From: Chrysomallon squamiferum
Lineage: Eukaryota; Animalia; Mollusca
Direction: 5' to 3'
Length of the DNA stretch: 64,000 nucleotides
Assembly: GCA_012295275.1 (NCBI GenBank)
Contig: CM022677.1
Span: forward strand, 18,476,001 to 18,540,000
The translations under genes were made by a program, and so were the position numbers. Positions 1 through 17,368 of the stretch are shown here, piece after piece. The notes under the pieces were generated by a model that saw only the letters and a list, made by a program, of their open reading frames with translations, searched no databases and was not told the origin of the DNA. How positions within the stretch are numbered: the stretch's first letter is position 1; every line of letters starts with the position of its first letter.

Positions 1-1266
1 TTAAAAAATATTAGCTCTTTGTTGTTGTTATGCTTTTCATTTATTTATTTGCTTGTTTATTCATTTTACATATTAATTTTATTAATTATCAGTTTTTTGA
101 GTGCTTATGTGTGTGCATGGGTGTTTGTTTGTGTAGATTTTGGTGTATTAGTAATCCTGTTTGCTTGTCTGGGTGTGGAAGTAACCCTTAACTCTTTTTT
201 TTTCGAGGATTTGCTTGACCTAACTGAAGGAATCATTAGAGGCATCGGAAATGACGAACTTTCCCGAACCCTTCCGGAAATGCAAGTGATACACCGAAGC
301 TTCAAATATTAATTCGGTAAACTCCGTCATAACTCGGAACAGACCTAATTTAAAGTAATAAGGATTAAGAAAGACATTTATATTAACTCTCTCTCTTTAA
401 ATACCTTTCTCTCTCTCTTGGCAAATGTCGGTTTCATTTTAGTAAAAGATTCATTTTTCGTAAGTTCAAATACGTCCATCCATCCACACACACACATACA
501 GAAACACACACACACATATAGATACATGCATACATACATACACACACAGATATATATATATATATATATACACTCATTCACATATACACATGCACATAAT
601 TATATTTGCACGCAAACCTACAGGTACGCAAATACACACAAATACATACATTCTCTTTCTAATAAGACATATCACAAATAAACATGTGCGTACACACAAT
701 ACACATGGATACGCACACCAGCCTAGAATAGCAAATACTCACATTCTTATTATAATCAGATATATAAATCCATAAATCATTCCATATAAGGTAAAATATA
801 TATAAAGAAGTAATAATTATAATAAAATACATGAAGTAGACTTATTTATAATTTAACGCCATCAATTTGCAAACAAATCCAGTAACGAATTTATATCGTG
901 CGTATAAAATAAATTTAAAAATAAAATACCTAAAATAATTCCATTAGCTCCCAGTTACGAAGCCACAGAAAATTAAGAACAGTAACAATTAAAAAAGTAA
1001 TAAATACACTGCTAAACCTTTGACAGACACACTTGAACCAGAGCAAATTGGTGTGATGTATTGTTATGTATTAATAATACTATTTGCATGTTTACGTGTG
1101 GCAGTAAGACTTGACCCATTTTTTTTGTTGTTCCAGTTCATTGAAACTGCGAACTGTGATTGTTCCTTTGATGTTTTCTGACGACTCTAATAACAGAGTA
1201 AAATGGCGGATCCTTGTTGATTTAGTAGGACCTCGGGACATGCCAACATGGGAATTATATGAAAAA

Positions 1267-1301
<35 letters not shown>

Positions 1302-1527
1302 ATTCTTTTCTTCGAAAACAATAATAAGTAAGGTTGGTTATTATTAAATTTTTTTTCGCCCCAAAAATCATTTGGGGTTTACCCTCCCAACTAAAAATAG
1401 ATGACTGAGCTTTGTTGTGGTTCAAGTGTGTCTGTCAAAGGTTTGATATCTTACCAGTGTATATGATCAACTCAGTTTATTAAACACCATTAAATAAAAC
1501 CAATGTAATTTAATACTAAATCAGTAC

Positions 1528-1611
<84 letters not shown>

Positions 1612-3874
1612 ATTTATATCTCTCTCTCTCTATTATTTTCTCTAGATTATGCCTTGCAAGGTTAGCTACGTTCAATCTATGCAAGATTTTTCAAGATATC
1701 TCGGTCATATCCTGCGATATCTTGTTTCAGTCGACGTAAATGTTAATCTCTTCAAGACATTCGTTGAGAGAGACTCGTAAATACGTCAGAGTTTATTCTT
1801 ATCTTTATAACTTGTCTTTTGTTTGTTAATCTGCCAAAACTGACAAGATTTAGTCATCGCCTTCTTAACTATTGTTTAGTTCATTGTCACTGTTACAGCG
1901 TGTATATCAAATGAACAAAAAATACGAAGACCAGATAAGTCACTCTAAATTTGCACAGTGGAATGAATTCTTTATTGATCAGGAAATTCTTTAAAGTGTT
2001 TTTTTTTTTTTGGTCATTGCGAGTCTTGATGTTGTTGTCGTCGTCGTAGACGTTGTTATAGTAGTAGTAAAAACAGCGACAATAATGAAAATAAGGATTC
2101 ACCTGATATGTTTTCATTTTTGACAGGCTCAATTTATATATGTTTATATATAATTAATTAATAAAAACAAACAACAACAATAATACTAATACTAATAATA
2201 ATAATAATAATAATAATATGAATTTAAATATATAATAATGATAATAATAATTCTAATAATAATAAAATAATTTTTTAAAGAAACGTAAATAATTATTAAT
2301 GATTTCACTTTTGTCACATTTAAACAAATAAGTAAACTGTTTCAAACGTTTATTTGAAAGACTTTATCCCGCCTACGTCTAAACCAGTTTAATTTAAACA
2401 AAAGTAATATTTAGGAAGACGATTTCAATTTTAATAACGTCATTTCAGTATCATCTGTTATTCACAAACATTTGAAAAAAAGAAAAAACATTTAACCCGC
2501 CTAATCTCTTTATTAAACCGTTTTAAAATATATAACTGAACAATACATACATACATACTAATACAATTATAATAACGATTTCATATCATCGCTATTTGAA
2601 AAATACATACAAACATACATACATAATAATACATTTATTATAATGGTTTTAAAATATCTATATATATATATATACATATTTATAATGGATAATATATTAT
2701 AATTATTTTCTACACTCGTATTTTAATAATTTATTATAAATGAGGGTTAGTAACAATGTTACGATGCTGGTAAAGGGGAAAACACACTAGTTTATGTATT
2801 TTAATCATCTTATTGTAATAATAAATATATATTAAAAGAGAGGTAATATGTTTTATTTTGAGTGAACGTGCCTTTAGTAATTTACTGTCTCACATTACCC
2901 GAGCATGGTACCTGATGAAAAATGTATTTTAATCTATAAATAGAAGTTTTATTTGACTCGCAAAGTGACACGCATGACACAGATAATTTACCTTTCAAAC
3001 ACAGGAAATCGTGTTTTATATACATATATGATATTTAGATAATAAAAATAAAACAGACTTTACACACGTTATCCTTTTATTTAGTATCAAAGGGGCACAT
3101 ATTCTCTACTGTTATATTCTTATTTATTTATTTATTATTATTTATTTGTTTTTTTATATTTATTTATTTATTTATTATTTATTCATTTATTATTTATTTG
3201 TTTATTTATTTATTTATTTATTTATTATATTTAATATATGCTTGAAGAAACAATAAAAGAAAAAAGATAAAAGATTATTTTTACCAATGTAGTTAACAAT
3301 TTAGAATTTTTCAAAAGATACTGTGTCGTTTTCTTATTTTCTTGTGGGTGTCTGTGTGTCTGTGTTTCTGTCTATCTGTATCTACGTATCTCTATATCTC
3401 TGTCTATGTGCCTATGTGTCTCTGTGTGTCTGTGTTTCTGTATGTGTCTGAATCAGATATAAATAATGTATCTGTGTGTCTATGTGTCTATTTTCCTGTG
3501 TTATCAACGTGTCTGGTGTCTGTGTTTCTGTGTATTTTTGAACTGCAATTATATCTCTGTGTCTAAATGCCTAATGTGTCTATGTATCTAAAGTGTTCTA
3601 TGTGCCTATGTGTCTGTGTGCCTGTGTTTCCATGTGTCTGTGTCTGTATGTCTGTCTGTTTTTCATGTGTTTGTGTGCCAGACAGATAGTGTTTGTGTGT
3701 CTGTTTGTCTATGTCTTTGTCTGTCTGTGTGATATTAAGATAATAAAAATAAAACAGACTTTAACCACAGAAAAAGAAAGCTTTTATTTAAATCAAAAAA
3801 GAAATATTCTATACTGTTAAATTCTTATTTATTTATTTTTTATCTATTTGTTTATTTATTATTTATTTATTTGT

Positions 3875-3909
<35 letters not shown>

Positions 3910-4479
3910 TTTGTTTATTTATTTATTTAACATTTATTATTAATAATATATACGTGAAGAAACATTAAAAGGAGAAAAAGATAAAAGATTATTTTTTACC
4001 AATGTAGTTAACAATTTAAATTGTTCAAAATATACAGTGTCGTTTTCTTCTTTTCTTGAAAAGAAAGACACTGTCTGTGAGTCTGAAAGTCATGTGTCTG
4101 TGTGCCTGTAAAGACACAGAGAGAGTGTGCCTAAAGACACAGTCTGTGTGTAAAATAAAGTCTGAGTGTCAGAAAAGTGTATACAGATAGAGACTGAAAA
4201 AAAGTGTCTGTGTTTCTGTGTGTCTCTCTGTCTAAAAAAGTGTCACAGAGAGAGACAGTGTTCTGTGTTCTGTGACATCTGTGTATCAGAAAAAGAAAAT
4301 GTGTGAGTGAAACAGAAAAAGAAACACACTGTGAGACACAGAAAAGAAAGACACTCTGTGTGTCTGTGAAAAAGAAAACTGTGGTTCTGTCTGTCCATGT
4401 GTCTAGGTGCGCATGCAAAGACACTAGAAAATAAAATCAAGACAAAATGGAGAATACAGAAAAAACAAAAAACACTGAA

Positions 4480-5440
4480 AACTTATTTTTTTGGAAAAAG
4501 AAAGACACTAGAGAGAGAAAAAAAAGAAAAAGACACAGAGAGAGAGACAGAAAAAGAAAGACACAGAGAGAGACAGAAAAAGAAAGACACAGAGAGAGAC
4601 AGAAAAAGAAAACACTGAGAGAAACAGAAAAAGAAAGACACTGAGAGAAACAAAAAAAAAGAAAGACACTGAGAGAGACATAAAAGAAAGAAAAAGAAAC
4701 TGAAACAGAGAGGCAGAAAAAGAAAGACACTGAGAGACAGAAAAAAGAAAGACACTGAGAGAGACAGAAAAAAAGAAAGACACAGAGAGACAGAAAAACA
4801 AAGACACTGAGAGAGACAAAAAAAGAAAGACACTGAGAGAGACAGAAAAATAAAGACACAGAGAGAGACAGAAAAAGAAAAACACTGAGAGAGACAGAAA
4901 AAGAAAGACACTAGAGAGAGAAAAAGAAAGACACAGAGAGAGACAGAAAAAGAAAGACACTGAGAGAAACAGAAAAAAAAGACACTGAGAGAGAAAAAAA
5001 AGAAAGACACAGAGAGAGAGACAGAAAAAGAAAGACACAGAGAGAGACAGAAAAAGAAAAGACACTGAGAGAGACAGAAAAAGAAAGACACTGAGAGAAA
5101 CAGAAAAAGAAAGACACTGAGAGAGACAGAAAAAGAAAGACACTGAGAGAAACAGAAAAAGAAAGACACTGAGAGAGACATAAAAAGAAAGACACTGAGA
5201 GAGGCAGAAAAAGAAAGACACTGAGAGACAGAAAAAGAAAGACACTGAGAGAGAGAAAAAGAAAGACACAGAGAGAGAGACAGAAAAAGAAAGACACTGA
5301 GAGACAGAAAAAGAAAGACACAGAGAGACAGAAAAAGAAAGACACTGAGAGAGGCAGAAAAAGAAAGACACTGAGAGAGACAGAAAAAGAAAGACACAGA
5401 GAGAGACAGAAACAGAAAGACACTGAGAGAGAGAAAGAAA
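4480..5440. repeat. Polypurine minisatellite, unit about 24-26 bp (GAGAGAGACAGAAAAAGAAAGACACT)
   Basis: Directly visible tandem array; it is the source of the spurious S/L/F/C/V-rich ORFs. Confidence 0.9.
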
Positions 5441-6281
5441 CAGTCAGAGAATTAAGGAGTAGTCAAAGATACTAAAGAAGTAAAATGACAAAAAGAAGAA
5501 ATAGCTAAGAAATATTTTTCCTACTTTTTATATATTACTATTGGAAAAATGAAATTAAGAGAATGAAACAAAGAACGGATAAATGAACGAAAGACAAGAT
5601 AACAAACACAGAAAGTAGTACAGCCAAAACAAATGACCATTTTCTTTCCTTATCACAGTGAAGGTTTTAGAAAAACAACAATTATTTTTCAAAGTATTTA
5701 ATGTACGAGCTAATTAGACTTAGTAGTCGAAAAAAAATAAAAATAATAATTAATAATACAAAACAAATAGAAATAATAACTAATCACAGAAAAAAAAGAT
5801 AAAAGTAAAAACTTTCTTTTGTTTTATCTTTTTTCTGACGAACTGCTTTTAGATCTTTGTAGTGTTGTCTTCAAGTGGTTGTGTTGTTTGATATTCTGCC
5901 TGACAGCAATAGAGGTATTTCTCATTCCTAATGCGCACGCTATATTGAAGATTGTATCTTTACTCATATACCCAGACAAACACCTGCATACTTGTACAAA
6001 CCGTTCTAAGTATTTGCAAGTCGAAGTACCAAATACATCAACTTGTTACGGCAGACTGACTAATAAAGAACACAATTGAAACTATTGTTTTCTCGATAAA
6101 AGATTTTTCAAGATATCGTTGTCATACGTCACCTAGCTAAACTGTGATACATTGTTTCAGTCGACGAAAATTATAATGTCGTTACGTCATTCGCTGAGGG
6201 AAACTGTAACTATACGTCAGAGTTTAATCTCGTCTTTAATAGTTGTTTGTTCATCTGCGCAATCTCACGAACTTTATTCGT

Positions 6282-6359
<78 letters not shown>

Positions 6360-6525
6360 ATCTCACTATCATTTCTCACATTCATTCTATCATCTATCTC
6401 TTTATATCAGCCAAGATCAGTCAGTCCAAATTTCACACTCGAGTGAATTTTGTTTTGATCAAGCAATTTTTTAAATTTTTTTTTCTTTGCGTGTAATGCT
6501 GGTTCCCTTCAAACAATGTTATCTT

Positions 6526-7016
<491 letters not shown>

Positions 7017-7365
7017 TTATCAGACAGAAATCCGTTGGGGTTTACCAACCCCGCTAAAAATAGATTACTGGGATTTCCTGGGGTTCAAATGGTATGTTGC
7101 CAAAACTGGCAGTCTCCAGACTAGGTAAGCGGTGAGGTGTTCTAATCCGTCACGTGTACCCCACGTGTACCCCACGTGTACCCGGGACACGGCTTCTTAC
7201 TTGTCAGCTTGAGGTGGAGTGCTTTCTGGGACATTTTGTGTGTAAAGTGTAACCGAATGTGCTTTCAAATGTATTAAGGTGACGGAACACCAATTGCTAA
7301 GGGTGAGCAATAAACTGCCAGAAATGTCCAGTTAATATGTGTTATAATCTAACTGCCAGATTCAA

Positions 7366-7477
<112 letters not shown>

Positions 7478-8068
7478 ATATTGTTTGTGTGTGTGTATGT
7501 GTTCGTGTGTGTTACATCTGCGATGTTTTTTCTATAATTTATATGACAAGGAATTAAGAATCTCTAAACATCAGTAATGCTACCAGTCCACTATCATGTG
7601 ATCTAATAGTAGTTATTTACAAACAGTTTTAAGCCACAAACTTCCCCTCACTACATAAGTCAACATACGGGGGACATTAAATATGTTTATCACTGAAGGT
7701 AAAATAGCACACCTAAGTAAGAATTTGAATATACAAGTATATCAAATAACATTCTGCTTAGCAGGACGTTGACGTCACAATCCGTTGATAACATCACTGC
7801 TGTGTCATCTGTGCTTGCAATCACTGATAGTGTTGATCTCAGATACCCTGGTATTCTCACTCAATGTTTTAATATCCACAGTTTCCTTTGTTCAGTCTGA
7901 TCTCAGATTAACATCTATTCTCCAAAATAATGGTTATACTACTTCAATACATACATACATACAGACTAACACACATACATACATACATACATATATACAT
8001 ACATACATACATTCCTACATAGATATATACACACATACATAGATTCATGCATACACACATACATACAT

Positions 8069-8128
<60 letters not shown>

Positions 8129-8893
8129 ATGTAACCCACTAGTTACTCACTACATAAAATCACGTGTCTAAGGAATAAACAAATAAGACGATGTTTCAAA
8201 TTAAAGAAGTTTAATATTAGTTAATTCCTGATATAGCAATGTTCACATTTACAACATGGTAACTCTGGCAAACTGACAAGATTCACAAAACAAATCACAG
8301 TTGTAAAAACTAAACAAATCAAACCAATACAAAACAACTGATGGTTAGATAAAAAAATGACAAGCAGGAAATATTTTCAACAAAGATATAATCAGAAATA
8401 CAATACATCTGTTACACTTCATGACAATTACAGCTGAGGAGTCGATTACATCAACTGCTTGAGTTTCACAAACTCTTGACCTCCTGCAGTTCACTACTTT
8501 GACACTGCTGTTCTAAAACACTTTGTACATGAATTCCTGTACTTGATAACGTCACATAATTAAAGAGAAAATTCGTTGTCATCGTCACAATGATCATTAT
8601 CAGCAAAAGGAACAGCAATATTATTATTATTATTATTATCATCATCATCATCATCATCATCATCATTATTATTATTATAATTATTATTATGATAGAAAAA
8701 TATACAAGAGATAAAATAAGATAGAAAATATACAAAAGATTCAGTAGTAGCAGTAATAACATTAAATTCACAAAACTGATTCTCATCAAAGTTGTGTAAG
8801 TAAAAGTTATGTCTGTGATTTGTAAGTTTGTGTTTCGTGTTAATCATTTTCTTTTAGTAAATCACGACATCTCCACTTGTTAGTTATAGAAAA

Positions 8894-9286
8894 TTACTGA
8901 AAACAATAAAGTCCGAAGTTGTGTTTGTTGTTCTCCTTTTCAAGATTTTTAACGTTCTGCACGCGCAGTTCAATATTGTCGTCTGCTTTCAGTTCAAACA
9001 ACGCGCCTTGGTAAGTGGGAGTAAACCCTGTATTCCCTGATGACTTCACAGGATACTGAGACTGGAAAAGTTCGAGTAATTTCTCTTCGTGTTTCCCTCC
9101 ATTTCTAAGCCAGATGGAATGAACAGAAGTGGCGACATCTTGTGTTTGGTTGTTCACGAAAACAAGATGAGCGTAAATAAAACACGTGCCAGGCGTTTTT
9201 ACTTGAATGCTGCCATCTTTGTAGATCATCTTCTTCCCAATGTTCGAAGAGTCTTGTTTCCAGTGCAGTATATTTTGTCCTTCTGC

Positions 9287-9373
<87 letters not shown>

Positions 9374-9503
9374 TTAATAATTGTTTAGCAAATTCTCTTT
9401 TTCTCTGTTTCTCTCATACACACCTATACATCCACATTAAAGGTAGAACCTCTAATAAATTATTATTATTATTATTACTACTACTACTACTATTACTACA
9501 ACA

Positions 9504-9540
<37 letters not shown>

Positions 9541-9563
9541 TTATTATTATTATTATTATTCTA

Positions 9564-9614
<51 letters not shown>

Positions 9615-10799
9615 TTACAATAAATAGCTAATATGTTAACATAATGAATACATCTGTTATTTGAAAAATGATATTTAATCATTTCATAACTCATTACACT
9701 TTAACCTTTGATGAACTTTGACCTCACCTGACCTCAACCAGTCAATTTCGTGTAGATATGCTGAGCGGTCATTCTCCCCATCAACACGTAATTCAGAATC
9801 TAAAGAAATATGACATGTACATATATATATTTCGACGTTAATGTTTATAATTATGCGTACTATATTTAACACACGCACACTCTATATTAAACACCTCTCG
9901 GTCGATTCCGGTCAGTCGGAACACCTCGTCACATTCCGCTACGCTTATATTTCAAAGAAATGTACGAAATGTTCCGACTGTATAACGAGGTACGGAATTG
10001 ACCGAGCTGTAACGAATCCCGCCTCTACGACAATTTCAATATTAGTCAGCGGTTAGCAGGAAGTCGGCATTGTTTAGTTGTTCACTGTCCACTGCGCACA
10101 ACACGTCTAATTATAGAACCGGGGATTTCCGCTCTGATGAATGAAAATAGAATATATTAATGTTTATAGGATCACTGATAGCAAATTAATTCACAGTTCA
10201 TACATTATTAACACGACCAGTCGGGCTAGTTAGAAACAGTTGTGATCAGACCGAACCAGTCGTTTACTAGACAATGTCGTTCAGACGTGCCTTACTGTCG
10301 GAGCCTGAATATATAGTTTAACACATACCTGTGTGTTTTCTGGGGGTTTTCATTTTTGTTATATGTGTATGCATAAAAATGTTGTTGTGCATGTGTGTAT
10401 GTTTGTGTGTGTGTATGTGTTTCTGTGTTTGTGTGTGTGGGTTCACGTACTGAGCAATCACACACAGTCAGAAAGGGAAACAGACAGACAGACAGTGGCA
10501 GATAAGACACACAAAGAAAAAGAAATGATTTTTAGACTTTTCAAATATTCTCGTGTCACAAATGTCAGTTTTTAGTTTTGAATGTATTAAGAATATTATT
10601 GTATATTAAGAATGATTTACTACTCACCTTTGGCTCTCTCTCGCTGGTACTGTGTTTCTGCAAACTGCGAATAAATATAATTGTACAAAAGAATGAACAA
10701 TTTTGGTTGATATGTAACAGTAAACATACATAAATATATACATGCATACGTAATAATAATAAATAAAATAAATAAATACTACTACTGCTACTAATACTT

Positions 10800-10857
<58 letters not shown>

Positions 10858-11269
10858 CCTTTGTTACGATGTCGATCAGGTTTCGCTCACGACCAGCACA
10901 GCAGATATTTCCATCTTCTCGAACGTCGAAGTCGTAGATGTTGTCAGTTTTGTCGTCGTCGGTGAGATAAACATCTTTGCACGGAAAGCAGACGTCGTCG
11001 TCCCATTGCACAACGGTTTGACGTTGTGACTGCACCCGTGGTGTGGTGAAAGTTAGAGATATAACGATCACCAGAAAGATGTCGATGAAAAGAAAAAGGA
11101 CAACGACCTGTGTCCAGAATTTGTTTTTCTCTTTTTCTGTGTCTTTTTCTTTGTCTAAATTTTCTTTTCCATTTGGTTTGATGAGTGGCTCGTCACTGAT
11201 ACCTGGATTACAGCTTTCTCTCTGTCTCTCTTTTTTGTTTCGTAACAAACTTTCGTTGTTATGATCCAT
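8894..11269 (-). CDS. TNF-superfamily ligand, copy 1 (TRAIL/TNFSF10-like type II membrane protein, 302 aa, 4 exons)
   Basis: Exons (minus): 11269-10859, 10664-10628, 9799-9728, 9282-8894. All introns are GT-AG with consistent phases (0,1,1); 909 nt, open. Domain order: cytoplasmic N-terminus; TM FWTQVVVLFLFIDIFLVIVISLTF; stalk VCFPC...ICCAG; TNF homology domain with SAYL, ILHW, YKDGSIQV, PGTCFIYAHLVF, YQGALFELKADD, HNFGLY. Confidence 0.9.
10121..10130. promoter_or_regulatory. NF-kB consensus site GGGGATTTCC in TNF intron 2
   Basis: Exact GGGRNYYYCC match. Also present at 40528-40537; altered to TGGGATTTCC at 25323-25332. Confidence 0.35.
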
Positions 11270-11317
11270 TTCTTTTTTGTCTCAGAAAACTTGTATATCG
11301 CTGAGATACAAACTGCG

Positions 11318-11350
11318 AACTGAGAAATGTTTGTTTGATGTTTCCTTTAA
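11318..11350 (-). promoter_or_regulatory. Candidate core promoter of TNF copy 1 (Inr TCAGTT with TTAAA 25-29 nt upstream)
   Basis: Minus-strand TCAGTT at 11323-11318, about 50 nt before the ATG, and TTAAA at 11350-11346. Motif-only inference. Confidence 0.35.
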
Positions 11351-11574
11351 GACGTGTTGCGACTAACGAGATGATTAAACTTGAAACACCGTCCTATATG
11401 ATGAGTGAATAGGGTGAGACATGGCGTTTTGCCAGCTATCAATGACAGTCACACTAATCTTCATGCAGTTAAAATGTGTAACTTAGCCAAATGACTTAGA
11501 CACAATCTGATAATCATTGTCGCTTAAATAAGTTTATACTTGTTTATACACAACCTGTGATTTTTAATTATCTG

Positions 11575-15818
<4,244 letters not shown>

Positions 15819-15836
15819 CTCTCTCTCTCTCCTCCC

Positions 15837-15875
<39 letters not shown>

Positions 15876-15951
15876 TTCCTCTCTCTCTCTCTCTCTTCCT
15901 CTCTCTCTCTCTCCCCTCTCTCTCTCTCTCTCTCCCCCTCCCTCCCCCCCC

Positions 15952-15986
<35 letters not shown>

Positions 15987-16255
15987 TATCGCCATGATAT
16001 TTATATGAGAATAGGTTGCTGGATTATACCTTGCAAGATTAGCTAGGTTCAACTGAGAAAAGAGTTTTCACGATATCGCTGTCACCTAGATGTACTGCGA
16101 TATCCTGTTTGAATGGACGTAACTAACAAACCACCAAGAAACACGTGTCACAGTTTAATGTTTGCTCTTTTTTTGTTTATCTGTTACAGCTGGTATGTGA
16201 AATAAAAGACGTCCATAACTATTTCACTGTTTCATACATATATTGAATAAGATGA

Positions 16256-16394
<139 letters not shown>

Positions 16395-16784
16395 TTCTTT
16401 CTTGCTCTTTCTCCTTGACATTGATATGACAATATTTTCTAGATTATACCTTGCAAGGTTATCTACGGTCAATCGATACAACATTTTTCAAGATATCTCT
16501 GTCATCTCCTGCGATATCTTGTTTCAGTCGACATAAATGTTAATCTCTTCAAGACATTAGTTGACAGAGACTCGTAAATACATGTCAGAGTTTATTCTTA
16601 TCTTTATAACTTGTCTTTTGTTTGTTAGTCTGCCCAAACTGACAAAATTTAGTCATCACCTTCTTAACTATTGTTTAAATCATTGTGACTGTTACAGTGT
16701 GTATGTACATTTCTTTCTTTCTTTATCTATTTATTCATTTCACTACTTCATACATATACTGTATATGCATAATCTCTCTCTCTT

Positions 16785-17353
16785 TATAGAAATAAAATTA
16801 AAGAGAATGTAAAGGAAAAAATTGGTATTATATAGTGTACAGGGTAAGGGTTTCTACACCTTTTTTATGGACAGAGGTCCTCAGCTTACAAATTATGATA
16901 ACAACTTTGGCTGGAGTCATAGCCTTCATCGACTGCTTCTGCTTCAGTATGGTACATATCTTAAAAGTACTACACTCGTACTGCCTAGCCATGTTGACTA
17001 CACGCACACCTCACTCTTGTTTTTCTATGATTTCATGCTTTAATTCAATGGACATAGTCCGCTTTTTCTTCTCAGCACTTTCCTTTGCACCCACTTTCTT
17101 TGGATCCATGGAAATCTGGCAAAATACTCGACATAACGCGACTAAAATACAACAGAGATGTTTCCACGGCGAAGTGATCTGGTGAAGCAAATGAGTGAGA
17201 TGCGGGATTCTGGGTGGATGTTGTGTTGTTCGTAGCGCCAACTACCGGCAGCGTGTCTGAAGCTCGCTCGTAACTCGGATTTTGTCTCGCAATTAAAAGC
17301 AAAAAATCGCGCAGACTCGTAAGTTGGAGCACTCGTATCACTAGGCACTACTG
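16785..17353 (-). mobile_element. Tigger/pogo-type DNA transposon remnant (5' TIR and transposase N-terminal HTH)
   Basis: The minus strand begins TA|CAGTAGTGCCTAGTGATACGAG. From ATG 17109 it reads MDPKKVGAKESAEKKKRTMSIELKHEIIEKQE*GVRVVNMARQYECSTFKICTILKQK..., a CENP-B/Tigger-type HTH with a premature TGA (CGA in the paralogue). Left boundary approximate. Confidence 0.8.
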
Positions 17354-17368
17354 TATTAGAAAAATTAT

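Noticed and set aside
4437-5423. Long overlapping ORFs of 140-304 aa (also at 30655-31957)
   Set aside because: Translations of the GA-rich minisatellite; open in several frames only because the unit lacks stops.
6100-6280. Several in-frame TGA codons suggesting selenocysteine or an alternative genetic code
   Set aside because: TAA and TAG stops occur in the same frame and the copies differ by indels, so decay is the simpler explanation.
9841-10056. Plus-strand ORF with CTKCSDC conserved in three copies (also at 24958-25362 and 40188-40463)
   Set aside because: Antisense within TNF intron 2. Start and length differ between copies, and the conservation is explained by recent duplication.
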